The notes under the pieces were generated by a model. That model had not been told where the DNA came from. It did not search any database and was given only the letters and a program-made list of their open reading frames with translations. The translations under genes were made by a program, and so were the position numbers. A DNA stretch of 64,000 nucleotides, taken from contig NC_135888.1 of the NCBI RefSeq assembly GCF_964194155.1, positions 116,622,001 through 116,686,000 of the forward strand, given 5' to 3'. This stretch comes from Cetorhinus maximus. Its lineage: Eukaryota. Below, in pieces: positions 38,461 through 48,853 of this stretch; position 1 is the first letter of the stretch; each line of letters begins with the position of its first letter.

Positions 38461-38584
38461 GGCATCCATATGTTACAGCTCCAACAAATCATCTGCCATG
38501 CTATCTTTATTGTGTTTAACTAATTAGGTTTCGAGTTTAGAAATGTGTCTGGTGATACCAAGCAATTTAATTACCATGGTGGTA

Positions 38585-39225
38585 TTGCCACACAACATGG
38601 AGGATATCCTCCTACCAACAATGTCAAAGACAGACATCTGCCTCAGGTAGATTGGTCAGGCGAAGTTGAGCAAGTTTTCCCCCTCTTGTTGGTTCTCTGA
38701 CCACCTGTCGCAAGCCCAGTCTGACAAATATGCCCTCCAGAACTCGGCAACCTCAGTCAGTAGTAATGCTACCGAGCCACTTTGGACACTGAAGGCCCCC
38801 ACCTAGAGTACATACTGCGCCATTGCTACCCTCAGTCCAAGTGGTGCACCACGTGAAGGAGCACTGATTCACCAACTGAGGGAGGGTGGTTGATGGCACT
38901 CAGGAGGTTTGACCTGATGCCATGAAACATCATGTGGTCCGGAGACAAGGTTGAGTCCCTCCCATATACTACTGTGTTGCCACCTCTGGACAGTCTGTCC
39001 TGCCAATGGGGCAGAGCATGTCCACAGATATGGCTGGAACAGTCTGCGGCATTGGCTGTAAGATATGATTCCATGAGTATGACTATGTCAAGATGTTGCT
39101 TGACTAATCTGTGGGACAGTTTTCCTTATTTTGACAAGTCCCCAGATGTTAGCAGGGACCACTTTGCAGGGTCAACTGGGTGTGGTGTGCGTTTGTTGTT
39201 TCCGGTGCCTAGGTTACATTCTGGT
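38585..39225 (-). mobile_element. Endonuclease-region fragment of the tRNA-headed LINE family
   Basis: Minus ORF MESYLT..WQDRLSRGGNTVVY..ESVLLHVVHHLD parallels ORF 49271..49819; includes the upstream linker 'aacctaggcaccggaaacaac'. Confidence 0.85.
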
Positions 39226-39264
39226 TTTCACCTATCCATGATCTCTCCCCTCCCTATCACCAGC

Positions 39265-39560
39265 CCCATAACCCTTGAGTTATCTACACTCATGTAATTT
39301 TGGCCTATTGACCACCCCCAATTTTAATCGCTCCACAGTGGCCATACCTTCAGTTGCCTAGGACCAAAGTTGTGGAGTTCCCTCCCATATCTCTCCACCC
39401 CTCTACCTCACTTTCTTCTTCCTTCAAGAAGGTTCTTGAGGAAGGAACATACGCTTTTGATTAAACTTTTGGTCATCTGACAAATACCTCATGTGGCTGT
39501 GCCATATTTTATTTTATAATGCTCCTGTGAAGTGCCTCAGGATGTTTTATTAGATTTATA
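39265..39560 (+). mobile_element. L2 LINE 3' end
   Basis: 'ccttcagttgcctaggaccaaagttgtggagttccctccc...cttttggtcatctga...gctcctgtgaagtgcctcaggatgttttatta' is the reverse complement of the L2 end at about 44550-44800. Confidence 0.65.
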
Positions 39561-41261
39561 CAGCACTTTTAAAGTAAGGTTTACTGTACATAGAAACTGT
39601 ACTGAATTCTCATGCTAAAATTAATTTTTCCAATTGTGGGTATAATTTTTATAAGCACTGAATATGGCAAAATCACTTGGCACATATCTTCCAGAAAGTC
39701 TTAGTCTCATTAGGAGGGATTTGATGTTGATTGTTAAGATTCACTCCATCTACCTAGATACATGTGAAATTCCTGTTGCTATGCTCGCAATGACTCAAAA
39801 GATATGGGAATTCTTGGGCTCTCTTTTTTTTAAAAAAGAGGGATGTGGAGTTCCAAATATGAAAGGCTTTTTCAACTGTCATTTCCCAAGATTGAATGAG
39901 AAAAGCCTGTTTTTTTGTACAGCAGAGACAAGTGCAACACAATTTAATATAAGATATATTGCGCAAGTATGTAAGTTATGAAGTGGGCGATGATGGTAAA
40001 CCCAAGGAAAATTACAAGTGCAAACACCTAAAAGTGTTAGCCTAAACTACTGGTACACAACTTATGTTGGACCTCTAGAAAACAACAATGATACGGGCCT
40101 GCAAACAAATCTCATCTCCTACACCTCAAGCAAAAATGATCCATGTTGTAGAAGGGTCAGCCAAGTAATGCTCAAAGTGAACATTAATAACATTTCAGAA
40201 ATTTGTGGTTCTTCTGTTGATCACAAAAAGAATGAACCAATAAAATTTACCTACCATCTAGGAATGGACCTGGGAGACTGAGCTTGAAGAAGCAACATCA
40301 TCTACTGTAGGCAAGACTGAAAGGTAAGTGCACATATCTTCCAGTCCATGATAAAAAATATCCAGACAGGACAGGTTTGATCTCTGAAAGTAGGCATGAC
40401 AAAATTGTGATACAAAAAGAGTAAAGTATGAAATGGCCAAGGTAGTACAAACAAAACTTACTAGGTTTCTGCCACTGTAAATACTGGCCTTATATGGATT
40501 TAAGCAAACAAATGTATAACATATGGGCATACATCTAAAATTTATCAAGGCATAGAGAAATGTCACTTGTACATCATCAGATGCAGATTAAAGATTATAG
40601 CAACCAATTCTATGATAACAATCTTCAACTTGATGATGCCGTTTTATTCATTTTCCATCACTGTGTGCCTGTGGTTGTTGTCTCTGCTGACACCAGTCAA
40701 GCAGCTGTTACATGCTTGTGACATAGGCAAATATTATTCTCACATGATTAATGATGGCACCTTGTCTGTAACTTCAGTAAGAAAACTGAATAAGGGGACA
40801 AGATCATCCTCAAATTTTGGAATTCTACAATGGTACAGCAATATCCCAAGTGTAGGGGAAAATAATTGCTCTGCAAGTGATAATGGTTCTATTTGCCAAG
40901 AAAATTACAAAAAGTACAGAAGAATCAGTATAATGAGGCAATGTCTCATGCGCCTGAGTAAGAGAGGAATAAGGAAGAAAAATTACACATTGGTTCAGTA
41001 TGGTAGAGGATACAATTCACTCCAAACAACTCCTAGTACTAAAGCATCTCTCAGTGACACTCAGTGCCACTATTAAGGGAGTGGCATTTTTCAGCTAGAT
41101 GACATATAGAAGTGAGGCACATAAGAATTATGGACCCCAGGGCACACTTCAGTAGGATGGTGGGCCAAAGTTTTCAGGTGGGCTGACAAGAGTGCCGGAG
41201 AACTTGGTGAGGGCAGAGCAGCAACACTTCTTGAAGATGGATGCTGCGCAGTACCGAGTTC

Positions 41262-42790
41262 TTTTCTTTCTTGGGATGTGGGCTTCACTGGCAAGGTCAG
41301 CATTTGTTGCACATTCCTTAATGCCCTTGAGATGGTGATGAAGAGCAATCTTTTTGAATTGCTCCAGTCAATCTGGTGCAGGTACACCCACAGTGCTACT
41401 AGGAAAGGAGTTCCAGGGTTCTGACCCAGCAAAAGTGAAGGAACAGGGATTTCAGATTCAAGTCAGCATGATGTATGGCTTGGAGAACTTGCAGGTGGCA
41501 GTAACTGTACGGAAAATATATTGTGCATTTTGTTCATTTAAAGCTACCATACACATATACCACCAGAGGGAGTTTAGAAGGAGAATAAAGGAATCAATTT
41601 TTTTATATAGCACATGCAGTTCTAATTTAATGTTTCTTTCTGAATCTTACTGTCCCTTCCCAAAAACTTCACAGTGCTATTCCGATGCATCTATTGCCCT
41701 TGTCCTTTTCAGGTGTAGAGATCACAAGTTTGGAAGGTACTGTCGAAGGAGCTTTGGTGAATTGCTGCAGTGCATCTTATAGATGGTACACACTGGTTCT
41801 ACTACTGCATGCCAGTGGTGGAGCGTGTGAATGTTTAAGTTGCTGAATGCGATGCCGATCAAGTAAGCTCCTTTGTCCTGGATGGAGCTTTGAGTATTAG
41901 AGCTACACTCATCCGAGCAAGGGGTGGACAGGCTTAAGGGAGTTAGAGGAGCTATGCACCAGAGAGCTCCCAGCCTCCAACTTGTCGCTGTAGCCACAGT
42001 ATTTATATGGCTGGCTCAGTCAAGCTTTTGGTCAATGGTAACACTCAGGATTTTAATGGTATAGAATTTTGTTATTGAATACAATGGGGAGATGATTACT
42101 TTTTCTCTTGTTGGGGATGGTCTTTGCCTGGCACTTGAGGCAGAAATGTTACTTGCTACTTATTAGCCCAAGCCTGAATGTTGTCCAGGACTTGCTGCAT
42201 GGACATGGACTGCTTCAGTATTGGAGGAGCTCGTGAATGGCAACTGAAGGCTGCACAATCATCTGCAAGCATTCCTACTTCTTGGTTTCCTCACCACCCC
42301 CGCAGGACCAGTATGGCAGACAGGTCCTCCAGGACATGGCCAGCTCGGTCAGTTGTAGTAATACTGAGCCACTCTTCATGGTGGGCATTGAAGCCCCCTG
42401 CCACCCAGAGTATATCCTGGGCCCTTGCAACCCTCAGTGCTTCTTCAAAATGGTGTTCAACCTGGAGCAGCTGGCACTTGTGTGCACCGAATGTTAAATG
42501 CCACTTAGCAGCCCAAGCCTGAATGTTAACCAGGTCTTTCTGCACATGGACATGGACATGGACTGCTTCAGTATGAGGAATCACAAATGGCACTGAACAT
42601 TACACATCCCCATTTCTGACCTTATGATGGAGAGAAGGTCATTGATGCAAGCAGTGAAAATGATTGGCCTAGAACACTACCCTGAGGAACTCCTGCAGTG
42701 ATGTCCTGGAACTGAGATAGATTGACCCCAACAACCACAGCCATCTTTCTTTGTGCTAAGTATAACTCCAACCAGTGGAGTCTCCCTCCA
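41262..42790 (-). mobile_element. Rearranged fragments of the tRNA-headed LINE family
   Basis: Tail at about 41270, CTIYKMHCSNSPKLLRQ, IQAWAAKWHLTF; an endonuclease piece (GGFNAHHEEWL) sits between duplicated RT segments. Confidence 0.8.
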
Positions 42791-43016
42791 CCTCCCCACA
42801 ATTCCTAATGACTTCAGTACGTTGGTTAAATATGATCTGCAATTCCTGAAACCAGGCTAGCCATTTCTATTTAACCCATCATTCAAGAGGGTTCCTAATT
42901 ACAATTTCAAACAATTTCCTTACAATCAAGCTAAGACTTGGCAATTCATCCATAGCACACTAAGAGCGAGACCAGGGCCTAATCTACTTCTGCAACTTGC
43001 TTATCTATTTAGCTTT

Positions 43017-43968
43017 TGATTTGGAGGAAAATGTAACTGGGCTAATTAGTAAGTTTGCAGACGACACTAAGGTTGGAGGAGTTGCAGATAGTGAAGAGGA
43101 TTGTCGAAGGATACAACGGGATATAGATCGGTTGGAGACTTGGGCGGAGAAATGGCAGATGGAGTTTAATCTGGACAAATGCGAGGTAATGCATTTTGGA
43201 AGGTCTAATACAGGCAGGAATTATACAGTAAATGGCAGAACACTTAAGTGCATTGACGGGCAGAGGGATCTGGGTGTACAGGTCCACAGGTCACTGAAAG
43301 TGGCAACGCAGGTGGATAAGGTAGTCAGGAAGGCATACGGCATGCTTGCCTTCATTGGCAGGGGTATTGAGTATAAAAGTTGGGAAGTCATGCTGCAGCT
43401 GTATAGAAGCTTGGTTAGGCCACACTTGGAATATTGCGTGCAATTCTGATCGCCACATTACCAAAAGGATATGGAGGCGTTGGAGAGGGTGCAGAGGAGG
43501 TTTACCAGGATGTTGCCTGCTCTGGAGGTTATTAGCTATGAGGAGAGGTTGGAGAAACTCGGATTGTTCTCACTAGAGCGATGGAGATTGAGGGGTGACT
43601 TGATAGAAGTTTACAAAATTATGAGTGGCATGGACAGAGTAGTCAGAAGCTTTTTCCCAGGGTGGAAGAGTCAATTACTAGGGTACATAGATTTAAGGTG
43701 AGAGGAGAAAACTATAAAGGTGATGTGCGGGGCAAGTTTTTTACGCAGAGGGTAGTGAGTGTCTGGAATTCGCTGCCAGAGGAGGTGGTGGAAGCAGGTA
43801 CGATAGTGGTGTTTAAGAGGCAGATTGACAAGTACATGAATAGGATGGGAATAGAGGGATATGGACCTGGGAAGTGCAAAATGTTTTAGTTGACGGGCAA
43901 TATGATCGGCGCAGGCTTGGAGGGCCGAAGGGCCTGTTCCTGTGTTGTACTTTTCTTTGTTCTTTGTG
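43017..43968 (+). mobile_element. Young 5'-truncated CR1 LINE (RT C-terminus plus 3' UTR)
   Basis: LISKFADDTKVGG...WQMEFNLDKCEVMHFG...RPHLEYCVQF, few disruptions; typical CR1 3' end 'gggccgaagggcctgttcctgtgttgtac' plus the (tctttgt) tail. Confidence 0.95.
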
Positions 43969-44551
43969 ATTTTGAAAGTTTCTAATCCATGATCAGCATT
44001 TAACTACATCTTCATTTTCAGCATTAATTCACTGCAAAGTAGTGGTTTAATTCTTAGGCAGTCTTGCTATTCTCAACCACCACCTGCCCATCATTTATTT
44101 TGTTACTTTTAGATATATGACTGATTTACTTTCTCATTATCTCTCATTAATTCTTCACATTTGTCAGACTGTTTTTATGGATCAATCTATCCTGCTCATT
44201 TCCTGAACTCAACACACCACATAAGAAACTAGCAGTTTTAAACCTTACATAGCTTGCATAATAAAGTTCAGAGTATAATTTCTAGGTTGGAACTCCATAA
44301 ACATTAAATACTTCATTATTTTACTGTCCAATATATCAATCAATTGAATTGCTTTGTAATACACTCAAACACCTTGTCTGCAAAGGAGCAGTAGCAGCTT
44401 GTTCTTAAATACAGTATCAATTGCCGGTGCTTCAATTCAACCATGAGATATTTATCAGGGTGGTGTTGGAATTTGCAAGTTTTATTCAATATTAATCTTT
44501 CACACTTAAGATAGCTATACTATTTACAGATATTCTGAAGTTCAAAGTATT

Positions 44552-45900
44552 ACAACAACTTGCATTTATATAAACGTTCAACATAAAATGTTCCAAGGAA
44601 TTTTACAAGCATTATCAAACAAATAATTTGTTACCAAACCACGAGATGTATTAGGCCAGGTGACCAAATGCTTGGTTGAAGAGGCAGGTTTTAAAGAACA
44701 CCTTAAAGGAGGAAAGAGAGGAATAAGGACAGAGGTTTATGGGAGGGAATTCCAGAGGTTCAGACTTTACAGCTGAAGGCATGGCTGCCAGTGGTGAAGC
44801 AATAAAATTTGGAGATTTTCAAGAGGCGGTTCTAGGGATGGAGGAGATTAGAGAGATTGGGGGGAGGGCGAGGCCACAGAGAGCTTTGAAATGAAGTGAG
44901 AGAATTTTAAAATAAAGGCTCTGCTTCACCCAGAGCTAATTTAGGTCAGTGAACACAGTGATTGATGTCCTTGGTCTGGTTATGAGTTATGACATGGGCA
45001 AAATTTTGGACGACCTCAAGTTTACAGAGGGTATAACATGGGAGGCTCGCCAGGAGTTAGAATAGCCAACCCTAGATGAGGGTTTCAGCTGATAAGCTAA
45101 GAGAAAGGCAGAGTTGGAGGGTGGAAATAAGCAGTCTTGGTGATGGTGCAGATTTGTGGTCAGAAGCTCATCTCAGGGTCAAATATGAGGCCGAGTTTGC
45201 GAACATTCCGGATCAGCCTTGGACAGTTGCCAGAGAGGGGGATGGAGTTGGTGATTAGGAATATGAGTTTATGGTGGGGACCAAAGACAACGGTTTTGCT
45301 CTTCCCAAAATTTAGATGGAGAAATTTTGTTTACCCAACGCTCAATGTCAGACAAGCAGTCTGACATTTTAGAGACAGTGAAAAGGCCAAATGAGGTGGG
45401 GGATGAGGTAGAGCAAGGTGCCATTAGTGTATATGTGGAAACTGACACTGTTTTTGAATGATGTCACCAAGGGGCATTATGTCAAAAGGAAATAAGAGTG
45501 GGCCAAGGACTGATCCTTGGGGGGGCACTAGAGGTAACCATACAGGAACAGGAAGAGAAGTTATTGGGAGTGATACTCTGAACATGATTAGATAGATAAG
45601 AGAATGGAACTAGGTAAGTGTCGTCCCATCCAGCTGGATAACAGGCTTTGGAGGAGGATGGTGTGGTCAATCTTGTCTAAGGTTGCAGACAGGTCAAGAA
45701 GGATGAGGGCGGATAATTTACCTCTGTCACAGTCACTTACAATGTTATGATTTTGCCAAGAACCGTTTTGGTACAGCGGTGGAAACCTGATTGGAGAATT
45801 TCAAAACATGGAGTTCCTTACAACATGTTCAAGAGCTTTGAAGGAAGGAAGGTTGGAGATGGGGCAGTAGTTTGCATGAATAGAGGGGCCAGGGGTCTTT
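44552..45900 (-). mobile_element. Decayed L2 LINE 3' region
   Basis: Starts with the L2 tail reverse complement 'acaacaacttgcatttatata'; minus-strand remnants of PQGSVLGP ('ccaaggatcagtccttggccc') and FHIY. Confidence 0.75.
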
Positions 45901-47630
45901 TGAGCATGGTGATAACAGTACTTTTTTTGCACCTTCTCTACTGCCTCTGTATTCTTTTCATAATATGGAGACCAGTGCTAATTCAAAAAAATGAAATGTA
46001 AATAATAATTCAATTTCAGAACACCTGAGCTGCATCCAAAGTTGAATTTGACGACCTTCGTTCCCAATACCCAACGGTAAAAAAAACCCATAGCATTGAA
46101 TCAAAATACTGTATTCTAAATTCAAAAGCATGTCAACTTTTAGAAAGAATTGAGGACACTGAGCAAAATTTCTTAACCGAAATACATCTGGAATGACAGT
46201 CAATTTAATGATGAGAAGTGACAAACTTCTTTCAGATCTAATGTCAGAAGCATGACTCTCTTATCAAGAATTACAACACACAAATTCTTTTCAAATGCAG
46301 TAGTTAGGCTGATTGTAAAATTTGCCTTGTTCTTTACCATTTGGCAGAAGTTTGTCATTTAAGATTTTTAAGACTTTCTAATTAGTTGACACCTTTAGGA
46401 TCCAATCTAAATTGATCCAGACTTTAGAATAAAACAAAAGGATTTCTTTTAGTTTGAATTAAGTGTCTGCTATACATGTGATATAACAGTATGCAAAGAC
46501 TGCTGCTAGCCTTAGCATTTTATTTATACTATAAAAATAAGCTGCTCATACTTGTTGGGTTCATGAGTACCATAGTGTAAAACTCCCATTCAACTGGCAG
46601 CTTTGCGTTCAGTTCATATTCCACAACAGTTTCTAATTTACATGTTTCGAATGCAGACTTATTATGCAAGGCAGTCAATAAGGTTTATAATCAATGCACA
46701 TGAGATACTGTAAACCTTTTAAAAATAAATGCTGCTGCATTTTGAAGGGATATTTGCATCAAAATAGTTAAAAACTTTAAACCAAAATTTGTGTCACTAT
46801 TTATATAGTGTAGTACCCAAACTTTGGTGACTACAGAACTCCTTATGACTGTCTCTCTACATACTCCTTGACTTCTTCATTGCCTTCAATATTATAACCT
46901 ACTTTGTCCTAACCACAGTGGTGGACCTGACAATTTATTTTTTACTAGCTTAAAAGCCAAGGCAAAAATCAAAAAAGCAACACAGATATTTTTAAGGGTG
47001 TGCTTACACTGTTAGTTTAGCAGTGGGAAGCTGACATTACTTCATCTTACTTGTGCAAAATTGTTGTACATTTAGAGTAAAACTTCTGGGAGCGGCAAGC
47101 TTCACAATGCTTTGGTTTGACACCACATGAAGTGCAAATCTAGTTTGGTGTCAAATCTGATTTGCAAAATTGGACCCGAAGAAACTCTGTAAATTGACCT
47201 GGTAAATGAATTGTTAGGTGAGCAGAGATCCTTCTCTCACCTCTCTAGAAAGTTAAATTTGTATTCATTGGGATGACAGCTCTGCCCATGCACATATTCA
47301 GGTATGCGCTGAGCTAAAAAGTTCTGACCTGGGAGGAGCCAAGCAATACAAACTGGGTTCTTCTGCATGGCTAGAATCTCAACCGTGTTTAATTGTATCA
47401 GGCCAATAGCCATAGTACATTAAATACATTCTAAAGATTTAAAAATTGTCTTGATATGAATGAACAGCAACAAAAAATATTTTTCAAAATCTCCAATTAT
47501 CAAACTTTGGAGAAAATGAGACTATAAAATCAAAGGAGTTCAATTCCAAAATGATTCACATTCAAACATACTATATTAAAGCCTCTCAAATGTATCTAAA
47601 CATGCAATAACCAATGTTTTAGATACTCAC

Positions 47631-47647
47631 CCAGTCTGAGAAGCCAT
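47631..47647 (-). CDS. AFF4: Putative AFF4 first coding segment (ATG GCT TCT CAG ACT GG = MASQTG), at the 3' end of a 126-nt exon spanning 47631-47756
   Basis: Exon has acceptor ctctcaaaattgcag|AAG and consensus donor TGG|gtgagt. Splicing to 27025 gives in-frame [14 protein letters not shown], resembling the AFF1 N-terminus MAAQSSLYNDDRN. Confidence 0.78.
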
Positions 47648-47756
47648 GGAGAAATGTGGGAAGCAATGCAAAAGGCTTCACTGATCGAAAAGGCACAATC
47701 AGCTCACATCTCTTCTTATATCTCTTCTCTCACGAATCAGGAAATAAACTTTTCTT
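47648..47756 (-). other. AFF4: Putative AFF4 5' UTR portion of the upstream exon, containing an ATG-TGA start-stop uORF at 47709-47704
   Basis: Lies between the AG acceptor at 47758-47757 and the ATG at 47647. An acceptor here implies a further upstream exon and promoter, not identified in the window. Confidence 0.6.
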
Positions 47757-47949
47757 CTGCAATTTTGAGAGAAATAGTAAACCCGGTTACATAAAGAAAA
47801 GGTTATAACTAAGCTAGTTCTATTTCTGGATGTACAAGGTATAACAACAATGGGGCTAAGAATAACACATATATAAAACAAGCAAGGTTCCATGTTGAAT
47901 ACCTAAAATGTCCATTCTTCTCCTCTACAACTGTCATGCTGCTTATGGT

Positions 47950-48830
47950 GCCTTTACCAACCTCAAATTCAGGACCATCTCTGAAGCCGACCACACACTC
48001 CTCCTTCCAAGTTCAGTAACCACACCCTATAGGCCATAAGATTGTGCTTGCTTTGTTTATCTGCCAGATCTGGCTGTACCACCTCAAACTGTACCATCAC
48101 TCCCTCTCCTTAGAGGAATCCAAGAACATCTGTAGAGCTGAAATCCAACCCCCCCACCCACAACCACTTCATGACAAACTCTCCTCAGAAATACCTTCAA
48201 CATGGAATCAAATTAGAAACTTTTTCTAACTACTGCTTTACCTGTTGTAGCCTCTTTAATGTTCAACTATTAGCTCTCACTTTCCCTCCTAAGTCCTCGA
48301 CCCAAATCTCCCTCAGCACATCTTGCCCATGAAACGGACAACTTACTCTCTTCATCCCTTCTTAAGGCAACACATACTTCATCAGCCCCAATTTTGCCAA
48401 CTGTCACTCCTTGTTAGAGCTAATCCTGCGTGCCTTCCATCTGATCCACAGTTCAGAATCTATGCTGGTGAGATGGTAACTATGACTCTCGCCACATCCC
48501 ACTTGACTTCTCCATCACCTTCCACAATGCTAATCATTCCTTTATGGCAGTCTTATCTAGTTCTACTTATATCTATCAGAATACAGGCACTACACCACCT
48601 CAAAGGAGCTACCATGGTCTGCCCTCAAGTCACTTCCCATAACATTTACACACTATGTTGGTGATATTACCCAGAATAGATTAGTTTCAAATGTATATTA
48701 ATGACCTGCCTTGCCCATTCATCCAAATGTTGTTGCTACACTCCAATTGCCCGTCTGACATGAAAACTTGAATAAGTCAAAATCTTCATCTGCTTTGTCA
48801 GGGAACTAACAGCAACTCTTGCCTTGACTG
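47950..48830 (+). mobile_element. Highly decayed L2-like fragment
   Basis: C-rich composition with remnant similarity to the other L2 copies; no intact motif. Confidence 0.4.
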
Positions 48831-48853
48831 CCATCCAGGAAGGGCAGGACTTC

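Noticed and set aside
40567-41076. 169-aa plus-strand ORF
   Set aside because: Non-ATG start, AT-rich intronic sequence antisense to AFF4, no recognisable domain or splice structure.
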